A DNA stretch of 64,000 nt from Thermoplasmata archaeon (GTDB taxonomy: Archaea; Thermoplasmatota; SW-10-69-26; JACQPN01; JAJPHT01): contig JAXDQU010000124.1 of assembly GCA_034667685.1 (NCBI GenBank), positions 1-64,000 of the forward strand, read 5' to 3'. Below are positions 63,741-64,000 of the stretch, piece by piece. The notes under the pieces are model-generated. The model saw nothing but the letters and a program-made list of their open reading frames with translations. It searched no databases and was not told where the DNA came from. Every line of letters starts with the position of its first letter. Positions within the stretch are counted from its first letter, which is position 1. The translations under genes were made by a program, and so were the position numbers.

Positions 63741-64000
63741 TCACTCGATCGGGATGCCGCGGCCGCCGCTCTCCTCGACGTCCGTCTTCGGCAGCGTCAC
63801 GTGGAGCACGCCGTTGGCGAAGCGCGCGTTCGCCTGCTCGGCGCGCACCTCGTCGGGCAGCCGGATGACGCGGTCGAACGTCATCTGCGAGCGCTCGCGG
63901 CGCAGGTAGGTCGTCGCCTCCGGCCGCGCCGCGCTGCCGCCCGAGCGGCCCGCGCCGCGCTTGAGGGTGCGCTCCGCCTGCTCGCCCAAGGTGGGCTGCG
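63741..64000 (-). CDS. Hsp20/alpha-crystallin protein, 3' part only
   Basis: RRERS..TFDRVIRLP.EV...ARFANGVLHVTLPK...IPIE; frame open to the window edge. Confidence 0.88.
   Translation of the reverse strand, partial: QPTLGEQAERTLKRGAGRSGGSAARPEATTYLRRERSQMTFDRVIRLPDEVRAEQANARFANGVLHVTLPKTDVEESGGRGIPIE

Overview
Very GC-rich (roughly 73-75% by eye) chromosomal segment of an archaeon, probably Thermoplasmatota (inferred). The archaeal assignment rests on an archaeal EF-1alpha, fibrillarin plus Nop5, a LonB-type protein with a membrane insert, and many apparently leaderless genes with TATA-like boxes about 23-25 nt upstream. About 65 genes are supported, covering housekeeping, metabolism, transport and many secreted proteins. 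Most long ORFs in the supplied track are GC shadow frames. I saw no tRNA, rRNA, CRISPR array or transposase. Most notable observations: (1) the AT-rich palindromic octamer TGATATCA and its variant TGCTATCA/TGATAGCA recur 19 times, mostly inside genes and at the cost of rare codons; (2) a four-gene operon joins a LonB whose ATPase motifs are intact but whose Ser-Lys dyad is lost to three exported beta-propeller proteins; (3) fibrillarin and Nop5 both carry C-terminal Arg/Gly-rich tails; (4) a subtilase with five WNGAQ-type repeats sits directly upstream of a membrane histidine kinase; (5) long intergenic hairpins are built from 6-10 nt tandem units; (6) an HgcG-like ncRNA is present; (7) an EarA-like regulator lies between direct-repeated palindromes; (8) several micro-ORFs and two probable CTG starts are missed by the ORF track. 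All family calls come from motif recognition by eye, not database searches.
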